Positions 20,897 to 35,513 of a stretch of DNA of 64,000 bases are shown here, piece after piece (the first letter of the stretch is position 1; each line of letters starts with the position of its first letter). The notes beneath the pieces are model-generated. The model was not told the origin of the DNA and did not search any database. It saw nothing but the letters and a program-made list of their open reading frames with translations. Source of the DNA: Babesia bigemina (lineage: Eukaryota); contig NC_027218.1 of assembly GCF_000981445.1 (NCBI RefSeq), positions 3,100,001-3,164,000 on the forward strand. Direction: 5' to 3'. The translations under genes and the position numbers were made by a program.

Positions 20897-23800
20897 ATGC
20901 AGCCTGGGCGGCGGTCGCCACGCTGGTCGCTGCTTGGCCGCAGATCCGGGTTCCTGTACAACGTCGTGCCCACCACCGTGCCGGACGCTGCCTGCGTCAC
21001 CCAGCCACGGGCGCACGAGGAGTTAGACTTCTCGCTCAACAGGTCGACCTCGGGAATCCCGAAGAACGCCACCGAATCCTCCGGGAAGGTGGCTCGGACG
21101 GCGCTGGCACTCTATTTCGTTTCCGAAGATGGCTCGGAGTGGCACACCGCCGTGGTACACGCGCCTTACTTCTACGTGTCGGTGGTTGGCGACTACCACG
21201 TCGACGCGGTGATCGACTTCCTGAACGCCAAATTCAGCAGCAACAACGTGGGGCCGGCGTTGCTGGAGCACTGCAACCGCGTCGACCTGTCGCTGCCGAA
21301 CCATATCGAGCGCTTCGACCCGCAGACTGGGCGGCCAATGCATGGCATCCGAAACCTCATCAAGATCAGCTTCAACACAATCGACCAGCTTGAGAAGGCC
21401 CGTTCGGTAGTCCAGGCGCTCAAAAGGGATGCCGAAAAGGCGCAGAGAGTTCCAGATGGCGGTTCGGGATCTTTCTCGGGTTCCGCCTCGGGGACCCAAT
21501 TCGTGACGGATGACTACACGTTACAGCAGTACGAGGCTGCATCGCTGTCAGGACTTGGTTTAGGCTCGGCCGTTACCCGTGACTCTATTGCAAATGACGA
21601 GGGCGGAAAGGACGCCGAATGTCTATCGCATCTGGGGGACATATACGAGCACGACGTGAAGTACGTCAATCGGGTTGCCATCGACCTCTCCATCCGTTGC
21701 GGCACGTGGTACGAGGTGGAGCGCCTGCCGGATGCAGTGCGCCTGACCGCTCTGAACAAGGCTGCCCTGCCGCCCGTGAATGTCTTCGCGTGGGATATCG
21801 AGTGTTACAAGGCCCCGCTCAAGTTCCCCGACGTCGAGACCGACGAGATCATCCTCATATCCATCATGTTCAACGGGCAGGGCTACTTGATCGTGAACCG
21901 ATGCGTTGTGGCGCAAGACATTAGCGAGTTCTCGTATCAGCCGTCGGAAGAAATGGCGGGCGGCGGCTGCTTCAAAGTTTTCAACGAGCCCAACGAGACC
22001 GACCTGCTGCAGCGGTTCTTTACGCTGATAGTGTCGCTCGCGCCTCACATCATCGTGACGTACAATGGCGACTCCTTCGATTTCCCGTACGTCCAGCGCC
22101 GGGCGGAGTTGAACGGGTTGTCCATGGAGAAGTCGCTGGGGGTATACCGTTCCGGTTCCGACGTCTTCACCAGCCGCGTGATGGTGAACATGGATTGCTA
22201 CAAGTGGGTGGAGAGGGATTCGTACCTGCCGTTCGGGTCGCGTACGCTGAAGCAGGTTTGCAAAATCAAGTTGAAGTACAACCCCGCGGAGCTGGACCCG
22301 GAAGAGATGGTTCCCTGTGCTCGCAACGACCCGCAAACGCTGGCGGTATACAGCGTCTCAGACGCCGTCGCCACGTACTTTTTGTACATGAAGTACATAC
22401 ACAGCTTCGTCTTCGCGCTCTGCTACATCGTGCCGCTCCCCCCCAACGACGTCCTGCGGCAGGGAAGTGGCACACTCTGTGAGAACCTGCTGATGGCCGA
22501 AGCCTATGCGCACGGAGTGCTGTTCCCCAACAAGCACAAGCAGTCTGGCATCCGCTACTTCAGGGACCCCGTCACTTCCAAGCACCACCTCATTTACGAG
22601 AACTCCTACATAGGCGCTCGGGTGGAGACGCTGCGCTGCGGCCTGTTCCGCGATGACCTCGAGGAAAGGTTCGAGCTCAGCAGCCAGAAATACCAGGAAC
22701 TGCTCGACGATCTCGACATGACGCTGAAATCGTGGGCGGATTCCAACCTGTCGAACGACGGGAGCACCGACGCCGGCAGCGACGGTTCGGATTCCGACAC
22801 TGCCATGGATGACCAGCAGGTTGATGATCCGAGCCAAACAGCGACAAGCGGCGCTTCCGTAGACAATGGCAGTGGTACCGCTGATAAGTCGGGCGCAGAT
22901 GGCGGCGACACCGAAATGATGAGCGCCGAAGACACGTCACAAGGTGCGACACCGTCGGGCGCCAACGGCACCTCCAACTCGCAAAAGCCCAACAGTGATC
23001 TGCGTCGGCCCCCGAGTTGGCTGAGGCGACGTTTCGCCAGGTTCGCTAACTTCGAGGACGTGTACCGCGACATACAAGAACGCCTGTGCAGGCTGCGCGA
23101 TCGACCCACGTTCCACACGTTCCCGCGCATCTATCACCTGGATGTGGGCGCCATGTACCCGAACATCATCCTTTCACAGCGTCTGCAACCCACGGCCATT
23201 GTAACCGACGAGTTCTGCCAGCAGTGCTCGTATTACAACGAGTCGTCGGTCTGCCAAAAGCGCATGCAGTGGAAGCAGAAGCTGGAGATATCGCCGGTCG
23301 ACCGCAGCCACATTCTCCCGCTGATGAAGGATCTTGAATCGCGTACTTACCGATCGACTACGATACAGTATACACCTTCCGATCGCATCGAGGGCGGGGA
23401 TTCGGACAGCTCGGGGGAGGAGTCAGATTCCCCCCATCCTACAGGAGGGCGTGAGACGGTGCGCACGTGGCACCAGCTGGGCGACCGCGAACGTGGCGCC
23501 GAGCTGCAGAAGGTTATCAAGGCGTATTCGCAGCGCGTGTTCCACAAGATGAAACTGAACAAAGAAGTGGACGCAGAAAGTATCGTGTGCCAACGTGAGA
23601 ACCCATTCTACGTGCAGACGGTTTTGAAGTTCCGCGACAAACGTTACGTATATAAAAAGCTCAAAAAGGACGCCGAAACGGAGCTTAAAAGCCTGCTGCG
23701 CCAGCCCAAGGGGAACACCGTGCGCATCAAGGAGGCTAGGGACTGCATTCTGTTGAACGACTCGCTGCAGCTGGCCCACAAGTGCATTCTCAACAGCTTC

Positions 23801-26800
23801 TACGGCTACGTGAAGCGTGGCGGATCGCGCTGGTACAGCATGGAGATGGGCGCCATTGTCACGTATGCGGGGGCTGAAATCATAGATGCAGCTCAACGCC
23901 TAATCCGGGATATCGGAACGCCCATTGAGCTGGACACTGATGGTATCTGGTGCATGCTTCCGGACGTCTTCCCAGCGGTGGTTGATTTGAAGTACAAGAA
24001 GGGCTCATCAGACTCTGGCGGGGCAAAAACCGTGGAACTCGAGTACATGACCACCATCCTGAACCGCTTGATTGAGAGCCGGTGGACCAACGACCAGTAT
24101 CTGGAGATGGAGGACGTGGGACGCTACCGCCGCGTGCGGCGTAACGAAATTCTGTTCGAACTCGATGGACCCTGGCATGCGATGTTCTTGCCCGCTTCCG
24201 AGAAGTCGGAGGACCTGTTGAAGAAGCGGTACGTGGTCTTCAACCACCAGAAGCAAATTGTCGAGTTGAAGGGGTTCGAGATCAAGCGCCGTGGTGAGAT
24301 GCGCATGATCCAGATGTTCCAGGAGGAGGTTTTCCCGCGATATCTGTTGGGGTCAACCAAAGAAGAGGCGTATCAGAGTGCTGCGGCGGTCGGGTTAAGC
24401 TACCGGCGATCCCTGGACTCCAGAGCGACTAACCTGGAGGACGACGATATGTTCGACTTGCTCGTCGCCCGAAAGACCGTGAAAAACCCGGTCATCAAGC
24501 AAGGCCAGCAGAAGTGCTTCGGTATCACCACGGCTCGTCGTTTGGCCGAGCTCTTTAAGAACGAGTCCTATTTGCACGATGGCAACTTGTGCATGTCCTT
24601 CCTGCTCGCCGCTCATCCCACCGCCGCGCCACGCACAGCGCGTGCGATACCCATTCAGACTTTCAAGGTGGAAGATTCACTGCGTGCGCAGTGCCTCGCA
24701 CGGTGGCTGAAGCTGCAATTGAGCACGGCGATGAATTCCGGCGTGCGCGATATTTTGGACTGGGACTACTACCGTGAGAAGCTGGACACCCAACTGCTGA
24801 AATTGGTGTGCATTCCAGCCGTTTTGCAAGGCTTGGATAACCCCATACCGATGATCCAGCTGCCTGGGTGGCTAAAGCGGCGAAGGGAGGTCTCTGACAA
24901 CCGTCAGCTGGATATAGCGTCCTTTTTCTCGGCCTCCAAGGATACTAAAGGCCATGTGGAGGCCGCGAAAAAACGCAGCTCGGAACCCACTGCCTCCGCT
25001 GAATCGGCTTCGCATGCATCAAATGGCGCTGTTACGTTCAAGCTTGAGAATGTAAAGCAGCCTAATCCGGCTCCCGCGCCTCTAAGCTGGATAAAGGCGC
25101 TGAAGAAGCAGTGGAGGTCGCTCATACAGGGGTTCCATAAATACCGCCGCAACCTCAGACACGATCACGGCTACTCGTCGTACATCGGGTTGAAGCGCGA
25201 GATGCTTGAGGCAGCCATTGCTAAGGATAAAACAACGGACGCTTCTTCGGCGGATATCGCCACCGCAGCCCCCAAGTCCAGCATCGACTTCTCCAACATG
25301 TACATGCTGCTCACCGAGCGCTGGCATGTTTACAGCTGCCGCCTGGACCCGGACAACCCCGGGGTTATGATCTGCGTCGTTTCGCTGCAGAACAAACCGG
25401 TGTTCGCAACCGTCCGCGTGGAGCTCTGGCGAAAGATTTACGTGAACTGTTTGAACGAGTGGGATGTCAAGTCTAATGAGAACATCAAAGTTAGCATCAT
25501 TAACGAGCGGTATATCTTGCCACGCGGTTCGCTGCAAAAGAACCTGATCGAGCTGGAAATGCGCGAATCTTATTTCCAGCAGCATATCCGCAACTCGCTC
25601 AGTTCGATCTTCCACAAAACCGTGCTAGGCATATACGAGGCGCAGCTCCCGATGTCATTCGACTTTGCGGTGAAGCTGGGAAATGTCGTTAACGTCGCCG
25701 AGAGCGACCTGTCGGCCGCCGTGACACAATCTTCGGAGTTCAAGTCGTGTTCGCTGCAGGGCATCACGTCACTGAACGCATCTGACCCCCGCTATATGGA
25801 AGATGTGGACGTCGTATTCGTACACGTCTTGCACGGTGTGAACCCCGACACTCGCCGGCGCAACAGGGTGTTTGCGGCAGTCTACCGCAAGGGTAACGAC
25901 ACGGTGAACCAGTTGTTTGTTGGCGGAGCGTCCTCCCAGTTTCCGAGACTCGAGTCCGAGTTCTCAGGTTATCTGCAGTCGGCGTTGGGCAAGCAGCGCT
26001 CTCGATATGAGGGCCGCGAAAGCATACACCACGAGAGGTACTCCAACCCGGAGCGTTTCCCTGAGTGTTTCGGGGAACTCTACGACCATCATCTGGAGTT
26101 GGGTGCAACCGCATCGGCAGGGTGCCGTGGTGCGCTGCGCAAGCTGGAGAACTACCTCCAGACGCTTCAACCCCAGGTTTTGTATCGCAAATGTGTCTTG
26201 TACGTCTATTCAACCGTTGAAGACTCCGACCTGGGAGAGTGGGTATCAGGTGAGGGGTGCCCGGTGCAATGGGACCGTGATGTGAACGCCGACCACCGCC
26301 AGCTTCCCTCGAATGGTTTCGTGGGGTGAGTTGCGTTATTATAACAGTTAATTTGTCAACAGGAAAGCCATCGAAGCCTCACTGGAGTTGCTGTCCAAGC
26401 AACGGTCTGAGGTGGAGTTGAAGTTTGCCATGTCTAGGATTGCATCGCTGCCGGTGGGTAACCTGCTCGGCATTAGCGTGGTTGATGCCAACAAGCTCGT
26501 ATTGGACGTCATGTACGCTAGGGCGCTCCGTGCGTCTTCTGCGGTAAGTTGCTTTCGTTCATCACGGCTCATGTCTCGCAGCTCCTTTGGGGCACGGCTG
26601 AGGCAGGTTGTGACATCGGGCTGCCACACGCAGTCCACATGCAAGCTTCCGAGTACGACATCGAACTCCAAGAAAATACATTCCGCATGTCTTCACCGGG
26701 CGTGTACAGAGGGTACGGCGCGAAAATCTCGTTCAACCAGACGCTGATGTACAACGCCATCATGCTGGAGTCCCGTTCGGTCGATGCGCCCGACTTGGCT

Positions 26801-28490
26801 GGTTGCGACTTGAAGAAGTCGGCGCCGGATTACGGCCCTGAAGAGCTACAGCACGACATGAGGATGGCGCATACGGCCGAGTTCCACCCCCTTGCGTTCC
26901 GTGCCCTCGGCGGTATGCTCGACAACCTCATCAAACTGACCAACACCGTCTTCGAGAAGGTCGAATACGGGACCTTTCAAGGTCTGATGAACATCTGCAG
27001 TTTCATCAACCCGTGGTTGAGCGACCCGGGGTCTATCATGTACGATTCGGCGTTGTATTCTAGGGTGAGCCAGGCGTTCCTCCGTCTCATGGCATCGCAG
27101 GCGATCCTATGCACGCAGCAGTACCTCGCGTCACTTCTGCAGCACGTCGAGCACTTCCACCAGCTGCGCGCCGTCCACGTATCGCAATCATACGTCGTTG
27201 TCGATACGAACACGCTGAGCGTCACCAAGGGCCGCAACCGCGTCCACGAAGCCTTTGACAACTTGGGATCCGGCGACTCCCGTTTCCGCAACATCCCCTT
27301 TTACGTAAGTTGTCCGGGTCGGTTGCTAAATCTGCGCAGTTGGAAGAGGAGTACCTAGCGCAAGTCCAGCTGGCGTCCGACTGTTACATCAGGTACAAGA
27401 ACTATGTGGACGCCACGCACGAGAACTGCACCGAGAGTCTGAAGCCCTTGGAGTACCTGCCCGGAGCGGTGGAGATGTTCATCCGATAGTAGGTGCACGC
27501 CCCGCTTTATTTAACGCGTGTCTAGTTTCATGAAGACCATAGCTCTCAACCCGCTCTGGAAGACCCTTGGCGAGTTCTACGAGTACGACGTGGACGAGGC
27601 CGCGACTGATGTAGCGCCTCGTGAGCCGTTGGCACTGCTAGAACGCGACAACGGCGAGCTGTGCAAGACGCTCGAGAAGCATATCGTCCACGATTGGCTG
27701 CAGCCCGGCAAGTTCTTCTCGCGCATGTGCGACTTGCTCGAGAACACCGAAGAGTTCCTCTCGACCTTCGACAGCCAGGGCACCTTTGGCCGACTAGAGA
27801 TCCCGAACATGCCGGGAAGTATGGTATACGGCAGCTCAAACTGGCGTCTGGAGGCCGTGAAGCTCGTGGCGCACATTATGCGCATAGACAGGGCCATAGA
27901 TTGGAACGACCTTGCCAAGATCACAGCCTACGATGAGAAGCGGCATCGGCTCTTCACTATTGCGGGGGAGAGCGAGTACTCTGCTGTCGATTGGATATCG
28001 CCAATGAGGAGGATCGAGTTGCGTTCGGTGTGCTGCAGCGAGTGTTTCATGGTGTTCAACCTCGACCTGCTGTCAAGCTTCTCGTCTGAGGAAGATGAAG
28101 ACGGCGTGGTGACGCATTTCTGGTAAGTTATGGCGCCTACGTGTTTCTAAACCCATGTCTAGGCGTTGTGAACTGTGCGGAGCACGTCTGAGCAACCGCG
28201 ATATCGAGCTCAGGATGATAAAGTTCCTGCAGCATCTATTCTGCGCATACCAGGCCCAGGACACGCTCTGCCGCGAATGCAGAACTGTGAAGCAGCTGCC
28301 GCTGAGCCGCATCTGCCAATGCGGCGGAGAGTACGTCCCACGCCTGTCCCCAGAGCGCTGGGAGTGAGTTACTAATACAAATTTAACAAGGGTTTTCAGG
28401 CACAGCTACGCCGTTATGGTGCAGATCGCAGACCTCACGGAGATGAAGTGCCTTCAGGAGGTGCTAGGGGCGTACCGCGACATGTGGTAA
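20897..28490 (+). CDS. POLE: DNA polymerase epsilon catalytic subunit A, multi-exon
   Basis: Exonuclease WDIECYKAPLKFPD and YNGDSFDFPY; polymerase HLDVGAMYPNI, HKCILNSFYGY and ELDTDG; ELKGFEIKRRGE; DILDWDYYRE; C-terminal Cys fingers (CCSEC..CELC, CREC..CQCG). Short introns after 26325, last exon ending TAA at 28490. The true start probably lies further upstream (exon ..EDACGFVTAPSIAR near 20840-20884). Confidence 0.96.
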
Positions 28491-28539
28491 CCCCAGACAC
28501 CAGCGATGGTATAATTGCGATTGCGAACATTACGATCTG

Positions 28540-29250
28540 TTAAAGCTCGTTGTCATCTTCCATGACCTCCTGAAATTTCACGGGGAACTGCGCATGCTAT
28601 TACATGCGGATTTGAGCCTACCATTGCGTGTATGGGTTCCATTGCAGCTGCCACAATTTCCCTGCGGCGCATGAGCGGTGATTCGAACTGCCACGAAACA
28701 GAGCAGCCAAGTCATGTGAACAACGCCGTATAAGCACGCCATGAACATTAACCGACCTAATCTTGGCCTTGTGAACCGCCAGGAGCCGCTGCTCGGCGTC
28801 GACGAAGTCTTCGTTGGACGCACGGCGCTCGGCGTCTTCCATCATCATGATCCCATCTGAAGGCGGTGGCGGTGCACATTGCGAAGCGAACTTACCCAGA
28901 GACTTCAGAGTCTCATCTAGATCTTCCACAGGTGGCTGAGTGGATATGTCTAGTGTCTAGTGCCTCTTACGTGGATCTTGACGGCGAAGTCAGCAGAGTC
29001 TTGAATACCACTCATGACCGCGTTCCTCATGCCCTGATACAGTATGCAGCTTGCTCTGGTGTAGACATATAATATCACAGCGAATTGCATCGATTCTATG
29101 CACGTGTGTGGGCATTTAAACGACATATTCAAGCATTAGACATACCGGGCCGAACGGCGACAGCTTCTGCTGCTGCGAAATGCTATGTGTCGCCGGAGTC
29201 GACAAAACAGCCCAGAGGCTAATTATTGCGCCTACCGAACCGCTCAGCAT
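28540..29250 (-). CDS. Small secreted hypothetical protein, multi-exon (possibly similar to apicomplexan 41-3 antigen-like proteins)
   Basis: Signal-peptide-like MLSGSVGAIISLWAVLSTPATHS. Exons with GT-AG ends join in frame to give ..DFAVKIH-PPVEDLDETLKSL-DGIMMMEDAERRASNEDFVDAEQRLLAVHKAKIR-EIVAAAMEP. The family resemblance is from memory only. Confidence 0.55.
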
Positions 29251-29374
29251 GGCGGCATTGTTTGTGGCTGGTAGAGGTGATGTCGTTCCCCATAGGTAGT
29301 GTGTAACAACATCGAGGAAGGCAGGCACGACGCGCCGTTCATCGCGATGCAAAGACGCCATAAATTGATCACAA

Positions 29375-30422
29375 ATGCAAGTATATCGCATATTAATCTG
29401 GTGTGTGGGCTTGGCGGCCTTCCCCGGGTACTGCGTACTCTCAGAGCCGCCGCCGGAAACCCCGGCGGAGGCAATCACCAAGTAGGTCGATGTGTGCCGT
29501 TTCATGGGCGTCAAAACACTCCAGAGATGTCCAAGAGCTGTCGGAGCAGGTTGAAGAAGTGGCGGAGGAGGGCGAAAGCGAAGAAGCAGACCTAGACACC
29601 AAAGCTGCCCACGAGAAGGTACGTCTGGCACAGTAGGAGTTTAACACCCCTGCAGCGCCAGGAGAAATTCGAAAAGTTGTACCAAAACGCTCTTCAAAAT
29701 GTTAGTAGTGGCGTCATTTTAGCGAGTGCTGTATCTTTATTTGCAGGGGCTGGAGGAGGCCAAGAAGGAGTACAAAGAATTCGAACATGGAGCAGTGGAA
29801 GGACTAGGTAAGGCCGCCGCCAGTTGTGCCGCCAAACCGTTGCTTCAGACCTCGTCGGACTCGCGTCGGAGCACCTGAAACAGTTCTGGTACATCGGACA
29901 GTGCAGGCGCAATTACTCCCTGCCGTGCCCGAACGAATGGTCGTGGGACGACTCGGAAAAGGTTTGCACCGCACCCGCCGACTACGACGGACCCTGTGAG
30001 AAGCGCAAAAGCTTCGACGATATGGACAGCAAGGCGCGTGAGGACTACGCATGGCGCTGCCATGCGAGCTGGCCCTGCATGAACGATACGCCGATCGACG
30101 ACTCAAAGCTGTGCCCATTGGAGTGGACCAAAGTCGCCTCCACTGTCTGCATAGCCCCGACTGTAAGTGGTTGTATTGCAGCCTAACAGTTGTTAAGAGT
30201 TACGATGGAGTGTGCTCCCCAATCGCATCCTTTCAAGGCCTCAGCGTGCTGGAGAAACTGAAGCTCGAGCACCTCTGCAGCATCAGGTGGCCCCGTCTCA
30301 CGCCCGAATATGCAAACCAGTCCGATATCGGAGCTACTGCGGGCTACGCAGCAGCCGGCAGCTCCAGCTGGCCGAGCGGAACCATCGACGAAACAGGCGC
30401 CATGGTGCCACTTGACTCCTGA
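29375..30422 (+). CDS. CPW-WPC family protein (signal peptide, 2 domains), multi-exon
   Basis: Signal peptide MQVYRILIWCVGLAAFPGYC. Domain 1 CRRNYSLPCPNEW..CTAPADYDGPC..WRCHASWPC; domain 2 LCPLEW..CIAPT-SYDGVC..LCSIRWP. Confidence 0.88.
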
Positions 30423-30776
30423 CGTAACCCAACATGGCGCATTGTAATCATTACACATAAGGGTTCAAATTCATGGCAATGACGCAATATTGCACCTTGG
30501 AGCCGAAAACCCCAGTAAACACACTGCAATACGTGCAGTTGACTCTGTGTGTAGCCTTGAGCGGTATACCAGGTTATGCGATAACGGACATCAATGTGCA
30601 TGCCACACCCGCACACATCGACGTTACATGACGTCTACGACATCCAACACACTCATCCGGAGTCACCGTCTTCGGGCAGACGGTAGTTCTCAATGTATGC
30701 GAGGTCGGCCTCGGTCATTTGGGCGTTGTCGAGAAGCAGCTGGCGCATCTTGCGCTGCCTCCGCACACTCATCGAT

Positions 30777-31100
30777 TCACCTGCGTATTTTTATAAAGAA
30801 AGCATTTGACGGCCGCATACCAGGCAACATAGTGAAGATAGAGTAGCCCGTGACCAACAAGATGAGAATGTTGGTGATGAAGCTCCCGGGGTCGTCTTTG
30901 TAGCTCACGAACCACTTGCCACGTTTGTACGGCCCGACCTTTAAGTTCTGAAGTGGCTGGCAGCCTACCACGCGTCGTCTCCACTCCGTACCGGGCCTAT
31001 CGTTTCGGTTCGTCGTGACGCGGCGGCGCTGCATTTCGTAGGCACGGCAACGAGGCCCGGCGATTGGACGAGACAAAGGGTGTAACGAAGTTAGCATTTT
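30777..31100 (-). CDS. Possible small single-pass membrane protein (exon structure unresolved)
   Basis: Protein-like exon KVGPYKRGKWFVSYKDDPGSFITNILILLVTGYSIFTMLPGMRPSNAFFIKIR with a hydrophobic stretch, flanked by TTCAG and GTGAAT splice-like sites. No recognised homologue. Confidence 0.35.
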   Translation of the reverse strand, partial: KMLTSLHPLSRPIAGPRCRAYEMQRRRVTTNRNDRPGTEWRRRVVGCQPLQNLKVGPYKRGKWFVSYKDDPGSFITNILILLVTGYSIFTMLPGMRPSNAFFIKIRR

Positions 31101-31568
31101 CAAAGCATCGGATCCCAAAATATCTCGCTGCCGGTCGGCATTGCAGCTGTTTATGTTGGTATTGGCTTGGCGATGCGCATAGACGAAATTTGCGCATTGC
31201 GAATCAAAGACGCATGATTTGTAGCCACTGACGCCGGCGCGGTTAGTTGACCTCCTAGCAGTTATAATGTGGCTTCGCGAGTCGCTAGAATCAACGGTTG
31301 CGGAGCTCATCGGCATTGGTGACGACGTTACTCGCACGTTCAGATTTCGGATCTGAGACGCTCGAGCGGGCCATGTAGCCCACTCCCAGACCGCTCCCAA
31401 TCGGTACAATTGCATAGCTTCCGGCTAAACAAACAATTGGCCGTTTTAGAGCATTCTAAGAGGACACATTCCCCACTACGACGCGACAGATGAGGGAACC
31501 GGGTGTGATCCGGCCCTAACCACTACGAAAGACGGTAAACTACATATAAACAAACCAAACTTGTCGTA

Positions 31569-33166
<1,598 letters not shown>

Positions 33167-33181
33167 ATGACCAGTGTTTCA

Positions 33182-35091
33182 TTAGCGCGCGAACTGGCGC
33201 TTGTCCGCCTTCTTCTTGGACAGGAGATTCGCCGACGGCTGCTCTCGGCGCGCCTCGCTCTCAGTGTGCTCACGCGGTCGCTTCTTGCGGTCGGCGTGCT
33301 TTATGTTGAGGTCAACCTTAGGCGGGTTGGAGAAACCGAACGACCGCGCCACCCTCACCAGGTCCAGCGAGTGCACGTTGAAAATATCCTTAAGGCTGTG
33401 CGATAGGTACGCATGCAAGTACGACCTGTACGCCTCGCGGGACGCGCGGTTGAGGTAAAAGTTCTTCTCCACCAGCTTCTCCAGCTGCACTTGCACGTTT
33501 GCGATCTTGCTGAGCTCGAACTCGTACTTGCTCAGCGGAACCTTCAGCTCCTTCAAATAGTGCAGAAAACCCAACTCCTCCGGCATCAGGAACATGATGG
33601 CCTTGCCCTCGCCGTCGGCGCCCCTGGCCGTACGGCCCACACGGTGGATGTAGTCGCGGGGGTCTGCTGGGGGGTCGTACTGAACGATCCAATCGACCTG
33701 CGTGCCATGTGCCTCATTCGCGCGCAAATTACCTTGGGTATATCCCAGCCCCTGGCTGCCACGTCCGTGCACAGCAGGATCCCAGACTACGTTGCAATGA
33801 GGAGGCAAACGCATACACGTACCTTGGCACCGCAGAACGAAAAGTACGCGCCAGACCTCTTGTTCTGCTGCTTCTTGCCGTAGATGGACTTGGCAGGTAT
33901 GTCTATGTAATTCAAAAGGGCGTCGTGGAACTTCACGGAGTTCCCACTGCTGAAGAAGACCATAATCTTCTTGTCGAGGTGACGCTTCAGGAAAGAGAAC
34001 AGCAGCATGAACCTGTTCTCGGCCTCACATACCACGTATCCCTGTTCCAGCGTGGCCACCGTGGCGACGTCTTTGGAGCACGCCTGCGCAATTTAGACGC
34101 GAGCGACTCGTACCCTACCTGGACGAACACCGGGTTGGTCAGCGACAGGCGCACCATGTCCTCGACCTTCGACGTATGAGTCGCAGAAAATAAGCACGTT
34201 TGGCGCTTCTTTGGCAGCAGCTTGATGATCTGGTTCATTTCCTCTTCGAACCCGATCTCAAGGATGCGGTCGGCCTCGTCGATCACGAACACCAGCAGGT
34301 TCTTGTACAGGAAACCGTTGGTGTTTTGCATGTGGTCGAGGAGTCTTCCGGGAGTTGCGATGAGGATGTTCACGCCGCGAGTGAGACGCTCCGCTTCGTT
34401 CTTGCGATTGGTTCCGCCCATCACGATACCGATGGTCTGCGGCAGGTACTTGCAGACGTCGTTGGCGACGGAGAAAATCTGCTCGCTGAGCTCACGCGTG
34501 GGCGATATGATCAGACCGCCAGTACCATTCCTGGGGAGGAACTTGACTTGAAACAGTACCTCCGCCAGGGGCACCAAAAATGCCAAGGTCTTACCAGAAC
34601 CTGATCATGTATGAGGAGCTGAACAAAAATGCAAACCCAATAAACACAACGACACAACTTCTCTCCACTACAACAGCCGACGTTATGTTAGACTACGAAG
34701 GAGCATTGGCACGAGAAACGACATGGATTGCTGCGGGATACCCGCTGCAAATCCGGTGCTGATGCAACTTTTATCTACACCAGCCTTTTGCAACGGCCGC
34801 GCGCCCACTGAATAGAGACTTTACAGCCAACCACCTACCAGTATGGGCCTTTCCCAAGACGTCCTTGCCCTGCAGCAGATGCGGGATGCACTTGGCCTGA
34901 ATTTCAGTGGTGCGCTCGAAGGAGAGCTCGTTGAGCCCCTTCAGCAACGGTTCAGACAGCTCCAAGTCGCTGAACAGGACGTCGGTGAAGTAGTCGTGCT
35001 TCCTCGGCGTTTGCGTGGACTCGGAAGGGGACGCCGCCTCGGAGTCTTCCGGCGCGGAGGCGTCGCGCGACGTCACCTTCGTGCTTCCCAT
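33182..35091 (-). CDS. HAS1: ATP-dependent DEAD-box RNA helicase HAS1/DDX18, multi-exon
   Basis: Q motif [21 protein letters not shown] across intron 34838-34601, [64 protein letters not shown]. Confidence 0.95.
34683..34830 (-). ncRNA. Candidate intronic box H/ACA snoRNA
   Basis: Lies in an unusually long (238 nt) HAS1 intron. Order is hairpin, H box AGAUAA (34776-34771), hairpin with near-perfect stem GGAUUUGCAGCGGG/CCCGCAGCAAUCC, then ACA (34688-34686). Folding judged by eye. Confidence 0.4.
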
Positions 35092-35410
35092 TTCGGCGCG
35101 ATTGCGAGACTGTGGGAACACTACCTATCCGCCCCGGCGCAATTCTCCGGTGCCCGGACGAGATTCCGCCCTGTCTACGTGGAGGCGAGCAAAGATGGCA
35201 GCAGGTGTACAGCGGTCCCACGCAAGGGGCGCAGGTTGTCACGACGTTGTTAGTCTTCCAACCTCACCCAACACATCTGCTCATAAAGAAAAAAGGCCGC
35301 TAGTCGATACTTAGGCAATTGCGATTGGCACTTCGTTGTCGCACTAGTCAACGGCACGAGCTGCCGCGCCGCACCCGCCCGGATATTTAGGACCAGCTAA
35401 TGCCTCCGAC

Positions 35411-35509
35411 ATGGCGGCAGAGATCGCCATAAACGACTACATCATGGCCTTCGCGGTCACTGTGGTTATCAGTATCTGCGTGAAGGCTTTTTCGCAAGAA
35501 GGGTCCTAG
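35411..35509 (+). CDS. 32-aa hydrophobic uORF or micropeptide candidate
   Basis: ATG..TAG encodes MAAEIAINDYIMAFAVTVVISICVKAFSQEGS and ends 4 nt before the next gene's ATG. Confidence 0.3.
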   Translation: MAAEIAINDYIMAFAVTVVISICVKAFSQEGS

Positions 35510-35513
35510 AAGG

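Noticed and set aside
14735..28312. Numerous antisense and alternative-frame ORFs over the SET and POLE genes
   Set aside because: Expected shadows of GC-rich coding sequence; no recognisable motifs.
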